Below, one piece after another: positions 32,217 to 42,663 of a DNA stretch of 64,000 nucleotides (position 1 is the first letter of the stretch; each line of letters begins with the position of its first letter). The stretch covers positions 192,001 through 256,000 of the forward strand of contig CAVSQW010000007.1 of assembly GCA_963730185.1 (NCBI GenBank), given 5' to 3'. This stretch comes from an uncultured Gemmatimonadales bacterium. GTDB lineage: Bacteria; Gemmatimonadota; Gemmatimonadetes; Gemmatimonadales; GWC2-71-9. The translations under genes and the position numbers were made by a program. The notes below the pieces were generated by a model. That model was not told where the DNA came from. It was given only the letters and a program-made list of their open reading frames with translations, and did no database searches.

Positions 32217-33395
32217 GTGAAGCGTGAGGCGCGGTCCGCCGCGTTTCTCGGCGCGGCCTTCCTCATGGCCACCTCGGCCGTGGGCCCGGGCTTCCTGACC
32301 CAGACCACCGTCTTTACCGAGCGGATGGGGGCGAGCTTCGGGTTCGCGATCCTGATCTCGGTGCTGTTCGACCTTGGGGCCCAACTCAACATCTGGCGGG
32401 TGGTCATCGGTTCGGGCGCCCCGGCCCAGACCATCGCCAACGACCTCCTGCCGGGGTTGGGGCACGGACTGAGCGTGCTGGTGGCGGCCGGAGGATTGGC
32501 GTTCAACATCGGCAACGTGGCCGGCGCCGGGCTCGGGCTCAACGCGCTGCTCGGGGTGCCGATCGGGTGGGGGGCCACCGTGAGCGCGGCGCTCGCGATC
32601 GGCCTCTTCCTGGTGCGCGAAGCGGGGCGGGCGATGGATCGGTTCGCCCAGGTGATGGGCGGCGTGATGGTCGTGCTCGCCCTCTACGTGGCGGTGGTCG
32701 CCTCGCCGCCGCTGGCCGAGGCGGCGGCCCGAACCTTCGTCCCGGCGACGCTCGACGTCTTCGCGATCGTCACCATCGTCGGCGGAACGGTCGGGGGCTA
32801 CATCACCTTCGCCGGGGCGCACCGGCTGCTCGACGCCGGGGTGAGCGGCCCCGACTCGGTGGCCCAAGCCACCCGGGCGGCCGGCCTCGGGATCGGCGTC
32901 GCGACCATTCTCCGGGTGGTGCTCTTTCTGGGGGCGCTCGGGATCGTGGCGCGAGGCCAGGCGCTCGATCCGGCCAATCCCCCGGCGGCGGTCTTCCGGC
33001 TGGCGGCGGGGGAGCTCGGGTACCGGGTCTTCGGGATGGTGATGTGGGCCGCGGCCATGACCTCGATCGTCGGCTCAGCCTACACCTCGGTTTCGTTCGT
33101 CCGGACGGTGCGTCCCTCCTGGGAGCGCCTTCGCCGGCCGCTCACCATCGGCTTCATCGTGGTCTCCACGGCTACCTTGCTGGTGGTGGGGCGGCCGGTG
33201 ATGGTTCTGGTGGTGGTCGGCGCGCTCAACGGCTTGATTCTCCCAGTCGCCCTCGGTGCCATGCTGGTGGCCGCCGTGCCAATGCGCCGAGCGGGCGCCC
33301 GGCACCCGCTGCCGCTGCTGGCCGCGGGCTGGGTCGTCACCCTGGCGATGGCCTGGATGGGCGCCCTCTCGCTCTATCGCCTGACTCGGCCCTGA
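32217..33395 (+). CDS. NRAMP-superfamily transporter, YcsG-like
   Basis: GAAFLMATSAVGPGFLTQT, AQLNIWR, AFNIGNVAGAGLGLN, VGGTVGGYITFAGAHRLLD, NPPA, TSIVGSAYTSVSF. Confidence 0.88.
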   Translation: MKREARSAAFLGAAFLMATSAVGPGFLTQTTVFTERMGASFGFAILISVLFDLGAQLNIWRVVIGSGAPAQTIANDLLPGLGHGLSVLVAAGGLAFNIGNVAGAGLGLNALLGVPIGWGATVSAALAIGLFLVREAGRAMDRFAQVMGGVMVVLALYVAVVASPPLAEAAARTFVPATLDVFAIVTIVGGTVGGYITFAGAHRLLDAGVSGPDSVAQATRAAGLGIGVATILRVVLFLGALGIVARGQALDPANPPAAVFRLAAGELGYRVFGMVMWAAAMTSIVGSAYTSVSFVRTVRPSWERLRRPLTIGFIVVSTATLLVVGRPVMVLVVVGALNGLILPVALGAMLVAAVPMRRAGARHPLPLLAAGWVVTLAMAWMGALSLYRLTRP

Positions 33396-33438
33396 CCGGT
33401 CCGAGCGGGTTTCCGTTCACCCTCCACCCCCCGGGCTC

Positions 33439-33759
33439 ATGATCTCCCGAATCTGGCACGGCTACACGACCCCGACCAACGCGGACACCTACCAGGCCTT
33501 GCTCGAGCGCGAGATCTTCGCGGGGATCGAGCAGCGGCGGATCGCCGGGTATCGGGGCATCCAGCTGCTCCGCCGCGCGGTGGGCGACGAGGTCGAGTTC
33601 ATCACGGTCATGTGGTTCGACGATCTGGACGCGGTCCGCGCCTTCGCGGGCGAGGACTACGAGGTGTCGGTGGTCCCACCATCGGCTCGCAACGTACTGT
33701 CCCGCTTTGACGATCGCTCCCAGCACTACGAGGTCATCTCTGACCGCCGTCCCTCCTGA
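33439..33759 (+). CDS. Antibiotic-biosynthesis-monooxygenase-like (dimeric alpha/beta barrel) protein
   Basis: MISRIWHG..EFITVMWFDDLDAVRAFAGEDYE..HYEV. Confidence 0.8.
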   Translation: MISRIWHGYTTPTNADTYQALLEREIFAGIEQRRIAGYRGIQLLRRAVGDEVEFITVMWFDDLDAVRAFAGEDYEVSVVPPSARNVLSRFDDRSQHYEVISDRRPS

Positions 33760-33814
33760 GGACGGGCGTTCCCGACCGCCGGGGCCGGTCCCGGCCTCCG
33801 CAGAGCGAGGTCTC

Positions 33815-35875
33815 ATGCGCGCTCGTGGTTCCTGCCTCGTGTTTCTCACGGTCGCGGCCTGCGCTGCGCCCCGGCCCCCCCTCGCGGACCAGGTCACCAT
33901 CTACCGGGACACCTACGGCGTGCCGCACGTGGTCGGCGAGACCGACGCCGCGGCGGTGTTCGGCTTTGCCTACGCGCAGGCGGAGGACCATTTCCGACAG
34001 ATCGAGGACGACTTCATCCGGGCGCTGGGCCGCCGGTCCGAAGTCGAAGGCGAGGACGCGCTGGGCGACGATCGCCTGAACCGGGCCCTGGAGATCCCCC
34101 GGCTGGCGCGGGAGGAGTATGGTCGCCTGGACCCCGACATCCGGGCCCTGGTGGATGCCTACGCCGTCGGGGTGAACTACTACCTGGCCGCCAACCCGAA
34201 GGTCACCCCGCGCTTGCTCCGGACCATGGAGCCCTGGTACCCGCTCGCCTTCATCCGCTACAACTACTACCAGGCGGGTTTCGCGGCGGGGGAGCTGGAG
34301 CAGGCCGGCCTCCGGGCGGTGCCGCCTGGCGAAGCGCTGGCCCGGGCGGGGCAGGGCTCCAACGGCTGGGCGATCGGACCATCGCGCACGGCGGGGGGAC
34401 ACGCGCTGCTCTTCATCAACCCGCACCTGCCCTGGTTCGGGCCGGGTCAGGTCTACGAGGGACACCTGATCAGCCAGTCGGGGTGGAACTTTACCGGCTA
34501 CACCCGATTCGGGTTTCCGCTGCCGTACGTGGGTCACAACGAGGCCGCCGGGTGGGTCAGCACCGACAACGCGGCCGACCTGGCCGACCTCTACCTCGAG
34601 ACCTTCGACGATCCCGCCGACTCGCTCGCTTATCGGGTCGGCGGCCAGCACCGGCGGGCCACCGCCTGGACCGACACGATCCGGGTCAAGCTGGCGAGCG
34701 GGGTGGAGGCCCGGGCGTTCCGCTTCCGGAAGACCCACCACGGCCCGATCGTGGGCACGCTCGACGGGCGGCCGGTGGCGCTCCGGCTGGCCAAGCTCGA
34801 GGCCGACGGCTGGCTCCGCGAGTGGTATCGGATGACCCGGGCCCGCACCCTGGCCGAGTTCAAGGCCGCGATGGCGCCGCTGGAGATGCAGTTCGGCAAC
34901 GCGATGTTCGCCGATCGCGACGGCGAGACGTTCTACCTCTACAATGGGGCGGTGCCCCGGCGCGATCCCAGCTTCGACTGGTCGAGGCCGGTCGACGGCA
35001 GCGACCCGCGGACCGAATGGCAGGGCTTCCACTCCATCGACGAGCTCCCCCAGCTGGAGAACCCGGCCAGTGGGTGGATGCAGAACTGTAACGGCACGCC
35101 CTTCTTGCTCACCGATCGTGGGAACCCGGATCGGGCTCGGTTTCCGCGCTACCTGGCGACCGAGCCCGACACCCGCCGCGCGGTGGCCTCGCGCCGGATC
35201 CTCGGAGCCCAGTCGGCTTGGACGCTCGATCTCCTCGCCGACGCCGCGTTCGATACCCGAGTCGTGGTCGCCGACAGCATGATGCCGGGCTGGATCACGG
35301 CCGCGGCAAAGGGCGCGGTGCCGACCCGCCGGATCGAAGCCCTCCAGCTGCTCGACGCCTGGGATCACCGGAGCGACACCGCCTCGGTCGCCATGACGGT
35401 GCTCGCCGGGTGGGCCGGCCGGGTGTTCGGGGGGCTGGCCCCGGCGCCGGCCCTCGATTCGGCCCTGAACGACCTGGAACGGAGCTTCGGCACCTGGCGG
35501 GTGGCCTGGGGGGTGGTGAACCGGACCCAGCGGTGGGACGACTTCGACGACCCGGGGCCCCGAGCCGACCGGCCCAGCCTGGCGCTGGCCGCCGTGGACC
35601 AATCGTTAGGCGCCGTCTTCACCGACTGGCCCAATGCGTTCGACCGCCAGGGCCGACAGTACGGGGTCGGCGGGGGCAGCTACGTGAGCGTGGTGGAGTT
35701 CGGGCCGGAGGTGCGGGCCCTGGCGGTGCACGATTTCGGGGAGAGCGGCAATCCGTCGTCGCCTCACTTCTTCGACCAGGCGCCGCTCTATGCGGCCCGG
35801 ACCTTCCGGCCGGCCTGGTTCACGCTCGCCGAGATCGAGTCCCATCTCGAGCGCGCCTACCGGCCGGGGCGATGA
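33815..35875 (+). CDS. Penicillin/cephalosporin/AHL acylase family Ntn hydrolase (peptidase S45), probable lipoprotein
   Basis: IYRDTYGVPHV, FAYAQAEDH, GSNGWAI (beta-chain Ser), LFINPHLPW, THHGPI, QNCN, GESGNPSSPHFFDQ; lipobox VAAC. Confidence 0.93.
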   Translation: MRARGSCLVFLTVAACAAPRPPLADQVTIYRDTYGVPHVVGETDAAAVFGFAYAQAEDHFRQIEDDFIRALGRRSEVEGEDALGDDRLNRALEIPRLAREEYGRLDPDIRALVDAYAVGVNYYLAANPKVTPRLLRTMEPWYPLAFIRYNYYQAGFAAGELEQAGLRAVPPGEALARAGQGSNGWAIGPSRTAGGHALLFINPHLPWFGPGQVYEGHLISQSGWNFTGYTRFGFPLPYVGHNEAAGWVSTDNAADLADLYLETFDDPADSLAYRVGGQHRRATAWTDTIRVKLASGVEARAFRFRKTHHGPIVGTLDGRPVALRLAKLEADGWLREWYRMTRARTLAEFKAAMAPLEMQFGNAMFADRDGETFYLYNGAVPRRDPSFDWSRPVDGSDPRTEWQGFHSIDELPQLENPASGWMQNCNGTPFLLTDRGNPDRARFPRYLATEPDTRRAVASRRILGAQSAWTLDLLADAAFDTRVVVADSMMPGWITAAAKGAVPTRRIEALQLLDAWDHRSDTASVAMTVLAGWAGRVFGGLAPAPALDSALNDLERSFGTWRVAWGVVNRTQRWDDFDDPGPRADRPSLALAAVDQSLGAVFTDWPNAFDRQGRQYGVGGGSYVSVVEFGPEVRALAVHDFGESGNPSSPHFFDQAPLYAARTFRPAWFTLAEIESHLERAYRPGR

Positions 35876-36294
35876 GGCGGCTGGTCATGGCGCTCGGGTC
35901 GATCGCGGCGGCGGCCTGCGGGCGCTCGCTCGGCGCTCGGGCTGCCGCCGGCGACCTCGAGATCCGAGACGCTTACGCCAAGGAGCCGATCATCAAGGCG
36001 TCGGGCGCGGCGTATTTCTCGGTGGTCAATCACGGGACCGCGCCCGACACCCTGGTCGGGGCATCGAGTCCGGAGGCGGCGGGCGCGATGCTCCACGGGG
36101 CGAACATGGGGCACCTAGACCGGCTGGTCGTCGAGCCCGGGGCGACGGTCACGCTCCGCCCCGGGCAGACCCATCTGATGTTTCAGGATTTCGAGACCAA
36201 GCCGGCGGTGGGCGACTCGCTCACCCTGGTGCTGGACTTCGCCCGAGCGGGACGGGTGACGCTCCGGATTCCGGTCCGCTCCCTCTCCGAGTAG
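35872..36294 (+). CDS. Copper chaperone PCu(A)C family lipoprotein
   Basis: GAAYF..NHG..DTLVGA, LHGANM..LRPGQTHLM, GDSLTLVLDF; ATGA overlap with acylase stop. Confidence 0.85.
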   Translation: MRRLVMALGSIAAAACGRSLGARAAAGDLEIRDAYAKEPIIKASGAAYFSVVNHGTAPDTLVGASSPEAAGAMLHGANMGHLDRLVVEPGATVTLRPGQTHLMFQDFETKPAVGDSLTLVLDFARAGRVTLRIPVRSLSE

Positions 36295-36299
36295 ACCGC

Positions 36300-37682
36300 T
36301 CAGCTCCGGCCGCGAGCGATCCGGAGCGCCTCGGCCACCTCCACCACTTTGCAGCGGGGACGTCCCGCCGCTTTGCCGAGCGCCGCTTCGTGGGCGCCCA
36401 GGGTGAGCCAGTCGGCCCAGGTGAGCGTCTCGGGATGGCGCTCGCGAATCAGGGCGTCGACTGCGTCGGGGGCGTGCCCCGGAGCCGGGAGCCGGCCGGC
36501 CTTCGCGTCGGCCAGGATCGCCTCGGCGGTCTCGCCGGCGTCGGGTTTGTTGGTGCCGATCACCCCGCTCGGGCCCCGCTTGATCCACCCCGCCGCGAAG
36601 ACCCCGGGGATCAGGGCGCCGGTCGCCGGATCGGTAACCCGGCCGCCCTCGTTGGGCACCACGCCCCGCCGCTCGTCGAACGGCACCCCGGGAATCGCCA
36701 CGCCGCGATAACCGACCGAGCGGAAGACCAGGCCCACCGGGATCTCCTCGGTCTGGCCGGTCGCCTGCGCGGCCAGGTAGCCGTTCCGGTCGACCAGCCG
36801 GTTCCGCACCAGGCGAATGGCGCGGACGTTCCCGCCCTCGTCGCCGAGGATCTCGGTGGGAGACACCAGAAAGCGGAGCGTGAGCCGGCGGGGCTTCCCG
36901 GTCGGGTGGCGCTGGCCCAGCTCGCGGATCACCTCGAGCTTCCGGAGAGTGCTGGTGTCGTTCTCCTGGTCGACGGCGGCCTGGCTCAGGGGGTCGAGCG
37001 CCACCTCGTCGGCGTGGGCCACGGTGTCGCAGCCAGCCAGCTCGCCCAGTTCCTTCACCTCGGGCGTCGTGAACGCCGCCTGGGCCGGGCCCCGCCGCCC
37101 GAGCAGCAGCACCTCCTTCACGCGGCTCCGCCGAAGGGCCTCGAGGGCATGATCGGCGATGTCGGTCGTGGCCAGCTCGTCGGGATCGCGACAGAGGATC
37201 CGGGCGACGTCGACCGCGACGTTGCCCACGCCGATTACCGCGACCCGCTCGGCCGACAGATCGAACTCGGCGTCCCGGAACTCGGGGTGTCCGTTGTACC
37301 AGGCCACGAACGCGGTCGCCGGATGACTCCCGGCCAAGTCTTCGCCGGGGATGCCCATCTGGCGGTCGGTCTGAGCGCCGGTCGTGAAGCAGACCGCGTG
37401 ATAGTGATGGCGGAGATCGTCGACGCCGAGACCTGACCCGATGTCGACGTTGCCGAAGAACCGAAAGCCCGCCTTGCCGGCGGCCTTGTCGAAGCTCCGG
37501 GTGACGTTCTTGATCTTTTCGTGGTCGGGCGCCACCCCGAAGCGGACCAGCCCGTACGGCGTCGGCAGCCGCTCGAACAGGTCCACTTGCACGGGAACCT
37601 CGGTCTGACTCAGGAGCTTGTCGACGAGGAAGAAGCCGGCTGGGCCGGCACCGACGACGGCAACGCGGGTGGTGTCAGGCAT
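36300..37682 (-). CDS. Ferredoxin-NADP+ reductase (FprA/adrenodoxin-reductase-like)
   Basis: VVGAGPAG, PYGLVRFGVAPDH, FVAWYNGHP, GVGNVAVDVAR, GRRGP, RSVGYRG, GWIKRGPSGVIGTN. Confidence 0.93.
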   Translation of the reverse strand: MPDTTRVAVVGAGPAGFFLVDKLLSQTEVPVQVDLFERLPTPYGLVRFGVAPDHEKIKNVTRSFDKAAGKAGFRFFGNVDIGSGLGVDDLRHHYHAVCFTTGAQTDRQMGIPGEDLAGSHPATAFVAWYNGHPEFRDAEFDLSAERVAVIGVGNVAVDVARILCRDPDELATTDIADHALEALRRSRVKEVLLLGRRGPAQAAFTTPEVKELGELAGCDTVAHADEVALDPLSQAAVDQENDTSTLRKLEVIRELGQRHPTGKPRRLTLRFLVSPTEILGDEGGNVRAIRLVRNRLVDRNGYLAAQATGQTEEIPVGLVFRSVGYRGVAIPGVPFDERRGVVPNEGGRVTDPATGALIPGVFAAGWIKRGPSGVIGTNKPDAGETAEAILADAKAGRLPAPGHAPDAVDALIRERHPETLTWADWLTLGAHEAALGKAAGRPRCKVVEVAEALRIARGRS

Positions 37683-37704
37683 GGGGGGAGAAGGTAATTC
37701 CCCC

Positions 37705-40408
37705 TCACTCGGTCCGCAGGGCCTCCATCGGGTCGACCCGCGCCGCCCGACGACCCGGCACCCAGGCCGCCACCGCGCTTACCGCCAGCACGATCACCAT
37801 CGCGGAGCCGAACACCATCGGGTCGGTGCCCCTCGTGTGAAAGAGCAGCCGCTCCAGCCGCGCGCTGGCCAGGAGTGCCAGGCCGGTTCCGAGCACCACG
37901 CCCAGCGCCGCCACCCCGACCCCGCTCACCACGACGCTCCGGAGGAGCCGCCCGGGCGAGGCCCCCAACGCCGCCCGGAGGCCGAGCTCGCGGGTCCGCT
38001 GGGCGACGGCGAACGCGATGACGCCATAGAGTCCGATGGCGGCGATGATCAGGCTCAACACGCCGAAGGTGGTGAAGAGCGTGGCCCCGAGGCTCCAGGG
38101 CCTGGCCTGGGCGGCGAGCAGGTCCCGATACCAGGCGATTCGGACATAGGGCAGGTTGGGCCACTGGGCGGCCAGGGTCCGGCGAATCGTTCCCGCGACC
38201 TCCCGATCACCGGGACGGGTCCGGACGATCAGATGCCCGGGCGTCACGTCCGGCGGACTCTGGGCGATCACCGTGAAGTAGAGCATGAAGGGCGCGGCGG
38301 TCTCGTCCAGCTCCTGGCGGTGGATGTCCCGCACCACGCCCACGATCTGGAGGCAGGGCGCGGTCGAGTCGTCGGAGGGATAGAAGCACTTCCCGATGGC
38401 CGATTGGCCGGGCCAGAGGGTCCGGGCCATGCGCTCCGACACGATGGCGACCGGCAACGAGTTGGCGCGGTCCGTTTCGGCGAAGCTCCGGCCCTCCACG
38501 ATGGTGGCGCCCAGCGCCTCGATCGTGCCGGCGCTGACCGGAAAGAAATAGGGGCCCCCGCCCTCGAGGCGGGGAATGGAGTCGAGCCCGGGGACCCGGA
38601 TCCGACCGCCTTGGTTGCCCATGAACGGCGCGCCGCGGGAGAGCCCGGCGGCCACCACGCCCGGAAGCTGCCGGATCCGGGTCGCCGCCTCGTCGTAGAA
38701 CGCCCGGGTCTCGGCGGGGCTCTGCGCCATGGTCTTGGTGTTGACCGAGACCAGAGCGACTCCGGTGGGGTCCATCCCGAGATCGAGGTGGCGGATGGTG
38801 CTCATGCTCCGGACGAAGAGCCCGGCGACGATCACCAGGGCGGTGCAGAGCGTGGTCTGGACCAGGAGTAGTCCGCCCCTGACCCGGGGAGCGAGCCCAC
38901 CCATAGACCGGCCGGCGCCATGCAGGGTCCGGGCGACGTCGACCCGGCGCGCTTCGAATCAGGGGCCAGAGGCTTGCCAGGAAGGCGGCGGCCACCGCCG
39001 CCCCGGCGGTCGCGAGCAGGACCCGAAGGTTCACCGGATCGGCGTCCCACGCCGTCTGGGCCAGCAGCAGGCGGCGGACCAACTGCCCGCCCCAGCGAGT
39101 GATCGCGAGGCCCACCACCAGCCCGAGCCCCACCACCAGCGCCGTCTCGACCGCGTATTGGCGGAGCAGGCGTCCCCGTGACACGCCCAGCGCCTGGCGC
39201 ACGGCCGTCTCGGTCCGTCGGACCAGACCCCGCGCCAGGACGACGTTGGCAATGTTGGCGCAGGCGATGAGCAGCACCAGGATGGTGACCCCGTAGAGCC
39301 AGCCGGCCACCCGCTCCGGTCCCGCGTCCTCGCTATAGTCCTGGAGGGTTCGAAAGGCGGGAACGGCCTTGGCCTCGAACGGCGCGAAGTCGGCGTTGGC
39401 CAGCTGATAGGCACGGCGGGCGTCGTCGGCCGCCTGCTCGTCGGTGAAGGCGGGCTTGATCCGGACCAGGGCGTTCAGGAACTGCCACCCCCGGCTGGTT
39501 CGCCAGTCGGCCTGATCGTAGACCACCTGACCGGCGGTCAGCAGCGGCATCCAGACGTCGACCGGGTCGAGATTGGCGCCGCTGAAGCGGCGGGCGGCGA
39601 CGCCGACCACCTCGAACGGAATGCCGTTGAGCAGGATCGGGCGGCCGAGGATCGCCGAGTCGGCCCCGAACGCGGTTTCCCAGAAGCTATAGCTCAACAC
39701 CGTGACCCGCTCGCCCCCCGGGGGCTGGTCGTCCGCGTCGGTCAGGAGGCGGCCGATGGCCGGTCGGGTCTCGAGGAGGCCGAAGTACTGGCCGCTGGCG
39801 AAGATCGCCCGGGCCGGGCGGGCCTGGTCGCCAAGGCCGAGCGAGAGCGTGGCGGGGGTGGTGACGGCCACCTGCCGGAAGGCGGTGGTGTGATCGCGAA
39901 GCCCGGCGAACGAGGGATACGAGATCGCGTCCCACGCGGCGCCCAGGTGATCCTGTTCCCAGCGGGCCACCTCGACCCGGCGGACCTCGTCCGGATGGTC
40001 GATTCCCGGCGGCGGGCGGAGCAGGAGGCGGTCGACGACCCCGAACATGGTGGCATTGGCGCCCAGGGCGAGCCCGAGCGTCCCTACGATCACTGCGGCG
40101 TAGCCCGGCGCGCGGCGTAACCCGCGGACGGCGTACCGGAGATCCTGGCCCCACGAGGCGATCCGCTCGGTGAGGGCCCGCCGCCGGCGGACCCCACCGT
40201 CGATGGCGCGGAGCTCTCGCCGGAACCGGTCGAGATCGCCGAACCGGCGCCGCGCCTCGTCGCGCGCGGCCTCGGGCGCAAGGCCTCGGGCCTGGAGCCA
40301 CTCGGCCAACTGGCCCAGATGGCTCGCGATCTCGGCGTCGATGTCCTGGACCACGCTGGGCTCGCGCCCGGCCAGCCGGAACAGCCGGCGGAAAGGATTG
40401 GGGGCCAT
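37705..40408 (-). CDS. ADOP-type duplicated ABC permease with N-terminal prefix domain; one frameshift near 38948
   Basis: DIDAEIASHL..ARRRFGD prefix, QDLRYAVRGL..PGY, ALGANATMF, IACANIAN, RTRELGLRAALGA, PGRRAARVDPMEALR. Confidence 0.92.
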
Positions 40409-40411
40409 GAC

Positions 40412-40777
40412 CTACCCCGCCGTCTCGAGCAGCCGAATCGCTTCCCGCTGGGTCTTGAGCACCTGGAACACCGCCACGGCATAGGCGGTCCAATTGGCCG
40501 TGCCCTGGGCCAGCTCCGACCGACCGGCCGGCGTCAGGGTGTAGTACCGCGCCCGCCGGTTGTTCTCGGTGACGCCCCACTCGCCAGTGATGAAGCCCCG
40601 CTTCTCGAGGCGGTGGAGGGCGGTGTACATCGCCCCATCCTCCACCCGGAGCTCGTCGCGGGTCAGCTGCCGGATCCATTGAGTGACCCCGAAGCCGTGC
40701 TGAGGCCCGGCGGCCAGGGCCCGGAGGATCAGCAGGTCGAGCGTGCCGCGGAGGAGGTCGAAATCGGCGCTGGCCAT
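40412..40777 (-). CDS. PadR-family transcriptional regulator (acidobacterial type)
   Basis: LLRGTLDLLILRAL, QHGF, VEDGAMYTALHRLE, WGVTENNRRARYY. Confidence 0.95.
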   Translation of the reverse strand: MASADFDLLRGTLDLLILRALAAGPQHGFGVTQWIRQLTRDELRVEDGAMYTALHRLEKRGFITGEWGVTENNRRARYYTLTPAGRSELAQGTANWTAYAVAVFQVLKTQREAIRLLETAG

Positions 40778-40795
40778 GAAGAAAACCCTGTTGAT

Positions 40796-40835
40796 ATTAC
40801 CCTGTCATTGTAAGGGTAATGGCGACAGGTGTCAA
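40796..40835 (-). promoter_or_regulatory. Sigma70 promoter of padR overlapped by a palindromic operator
   Basis: TTGACA (40835-40830)-N17-TACAAT (40812-40807); inverted repeat ATTACCCT-N9-AGGGTAAT (40796-40820) covers the -10. Confidence 0.8.
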
Positions 40836-40847
40836 ATGAATCGCGGG

Positions 40848-42374
40848 CTAGGAGTCGAGTGTCGCCCTGATCGCCGCCGCCAGGTCGTCGATGGCCGCCG
40901 GCTTGGCCACCACGCGGGCCACGCCCGCGTCAATGACCTGCTCGATCGGCACTTCGAGGAAACCGGTGGTCATCACAATTCGAATGTCGCCCCGAACGGC
41001 GCGAATGGCCCGAGCCAGCTCGAGGCCCGTCACCCTCGGCATGAGGTAATCGGTCAGGACCAGGTCGAAGCGGTTCGGGTCGGTTCGGAAGGTCTCGAGC
41101 GCCTCCTCTGGCGAGGTGGCGAGGACGACGTCGTATCCCAGCCACTCGAGCCGGCGCCGGCCGGACATGGCGAGCGACAGTTCGTCGTCGACGAGGAGGA
41201 TCCGCTCCCCGTAGCCCGCCCGGGCTGGCTCCCGTGGGGCGGCGGGCGCCGCGACCGCGTCTTCGATGGCCGGGAAGAAGCAGCGAACCTCGCTCCCGGT
41301 CCCGGGGGTGCTGTCGAGCAACACGGCGCCCCCGTGTTCGCGCATGATGCCATGCACCATGGCGAGTCCCAGCCCGGTGCCGGCTCCAGCGGTCTTGGTC
41401 GTGAAGAACGGCTCGAAGACTCGGCTTTGGATGGCCGGATCGATCCCGGTGCCGTGGTCGCGGACGCTGAGCAGCGCGTACGGTCCTTCCCGAAGGTCGG
41501 GATGGGATCGTGCGACGCTGTCGCGAACGTAGATCTTCTTGACCCCGATTTCGAGGATGCCGCCGTCCGGCATGGCCTGCGCCCCGTTGGTGGCCAGGTT
41601 CATCAGGATCTGGTGGATAGAGGTGGCGTCCGCGCTCACCCGCGGCGTGGTGGGATCGATCACTTCCTGGAGCTCGACCGGCGACCCGATCGTCCGCCGG
41701 AAGAGCTCGACGGCGTCGGTGGTGACCTTCGCCAGGTCGAGGGGGCGGCGCTCGGTTGCCTGCCGCCGGCTGAAGGTGAGGAGCCGTTGGACCAGATCGC
41801 GGCCGCGATCGGCGGCCTGCATGATTTCCCCGAGGTCTTCGGCCGACTGCGTCTGTGGGGCGATCGAGTGCTGCAACAGCTCCACGTAGCCGACGATGCC
41901 GTTCAGGATGTTGTTGAAATCGTGGGCGATCCCGCCGGCGAGGGTTCCGATCGCCTCGAGCTTCTGCGACTGGCGGAGCTGGTCCTCCAGCTCCTGCCGG
42001 TGCCGCTCGGCCTCTTGCCGGGCGGTGATGTCGACCACCGAGCTGATGACGTACAAGCCCTCGGGGGTGGCGACCGGCGTGAGCCCGATCTCGAGGGGGA
42101 CCTCGCTCCCGTCCTTGCGGAGCCCGAAGAGATCCCGTCCCGCCCCCATGGCGCGGACTCTCGGCGCTGACAGGAAGCCTTCTCGATAGGCGGGATGGGC
42201 GCCCTGGAAGCGCGACGGGACCAGCTTCTCGATCGACTGGCCGAGGAGCTCCTCGCGGGGATAGCCAAAGAGGCGTTCGATCTCACGGTTGACCAGGACG
42301 ATCCGGCCCTCGCGGTCGGTCATGAGGAGCCCGCTCGGGGAGGACTCGACCGCTGCACGGAGACGTTGTTCCAA
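40848..42374 (-). CDS. Cytoplasmic hybrid sensor kinase (PAS, HisKA, HATPase, REC)
   Basis: PAS ending LFGLRKDGSEVPLEIGL, QSQKLEAIGTLAGGIAHDFNN, FEPFFTTK..GTGLGL, ILLVDDE..LTDYLMP..AKP; GGAGG + TTG at 42374. Confidence 0.93.
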   Translation of the reverse strand: MEQRLRAAVESSPSGLLMTDREGRIVLVNREIERLFGYPREELLGQSIEKLVPSRFQGAHPAYREGFLSAPRVRAMGAGRDLFGLRKDGSEVPLEIGLTPVATPEGLYVISSVVDITARQEAERHRQELEDQLRQSQKLEAIGTLAGGIAHDFNNILNGIVGYVELLQHSIAPQTQSAEDLGEIMQAADRGRDLVQRLLTFSRRQATERRPLDLAKVTTDAVELFRRTIGSPVELQEVIDPTTPRVSADATSIHQILMNLATNGAQAMPDGGILEIGVKKIYVRDSVARSHPDLREGPYALLSVRDHGTGIDPAIQSRVFEPFFTTKTAGAGTGLGLAMVHGIMREHGGAVLLDSTPGTGSEVRCFFPAIEDAVAAPAAPREPARAGYGERILLVDDELSLAMSGRRRLEWLGYDVVLATSPEEALETFRTDPNRFDLVLTDYLMPRVTGLELARAIRAVRGDIRIVMTTGFLEVPIEQVIDAGVARVVAKPAAIDDLAAAIRATLDS

Positions 42375-42663
42375 TGGGGGACCTCCACGCACCCGTTCCC
42401 GCGCCGCCGGCGGGCCCGCCGCGTTCAAGCGTAAAAGCCGATTCTCTCCGGCTCGAAGCGCTGCAAAATTCGTGACCAAACTTGTCGGAATGCCGGCCGC
42501 CGTGCCAGTAGCATTTGGCCCTACCGACGAATTTCGGTCATCGGGCCCAGGCGCCGCCGCCGGCCCCTACGTCTCCTCCGTGTCGGGCGGCCAAGCCGCT
42601 CCGATGAGGCCTGTCCTTTGACCGAAACGCTTTTCAGGACCGTCGTGTCCAAAGGGAGACTCC

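Noticed and set aside
42491..42508. TGGCACG upstream of hybrid kinase 2 as a sigma54 promoter
   Set aside because: The -24 half is good but the -12 position reads GG, not GC, at N10 spacing
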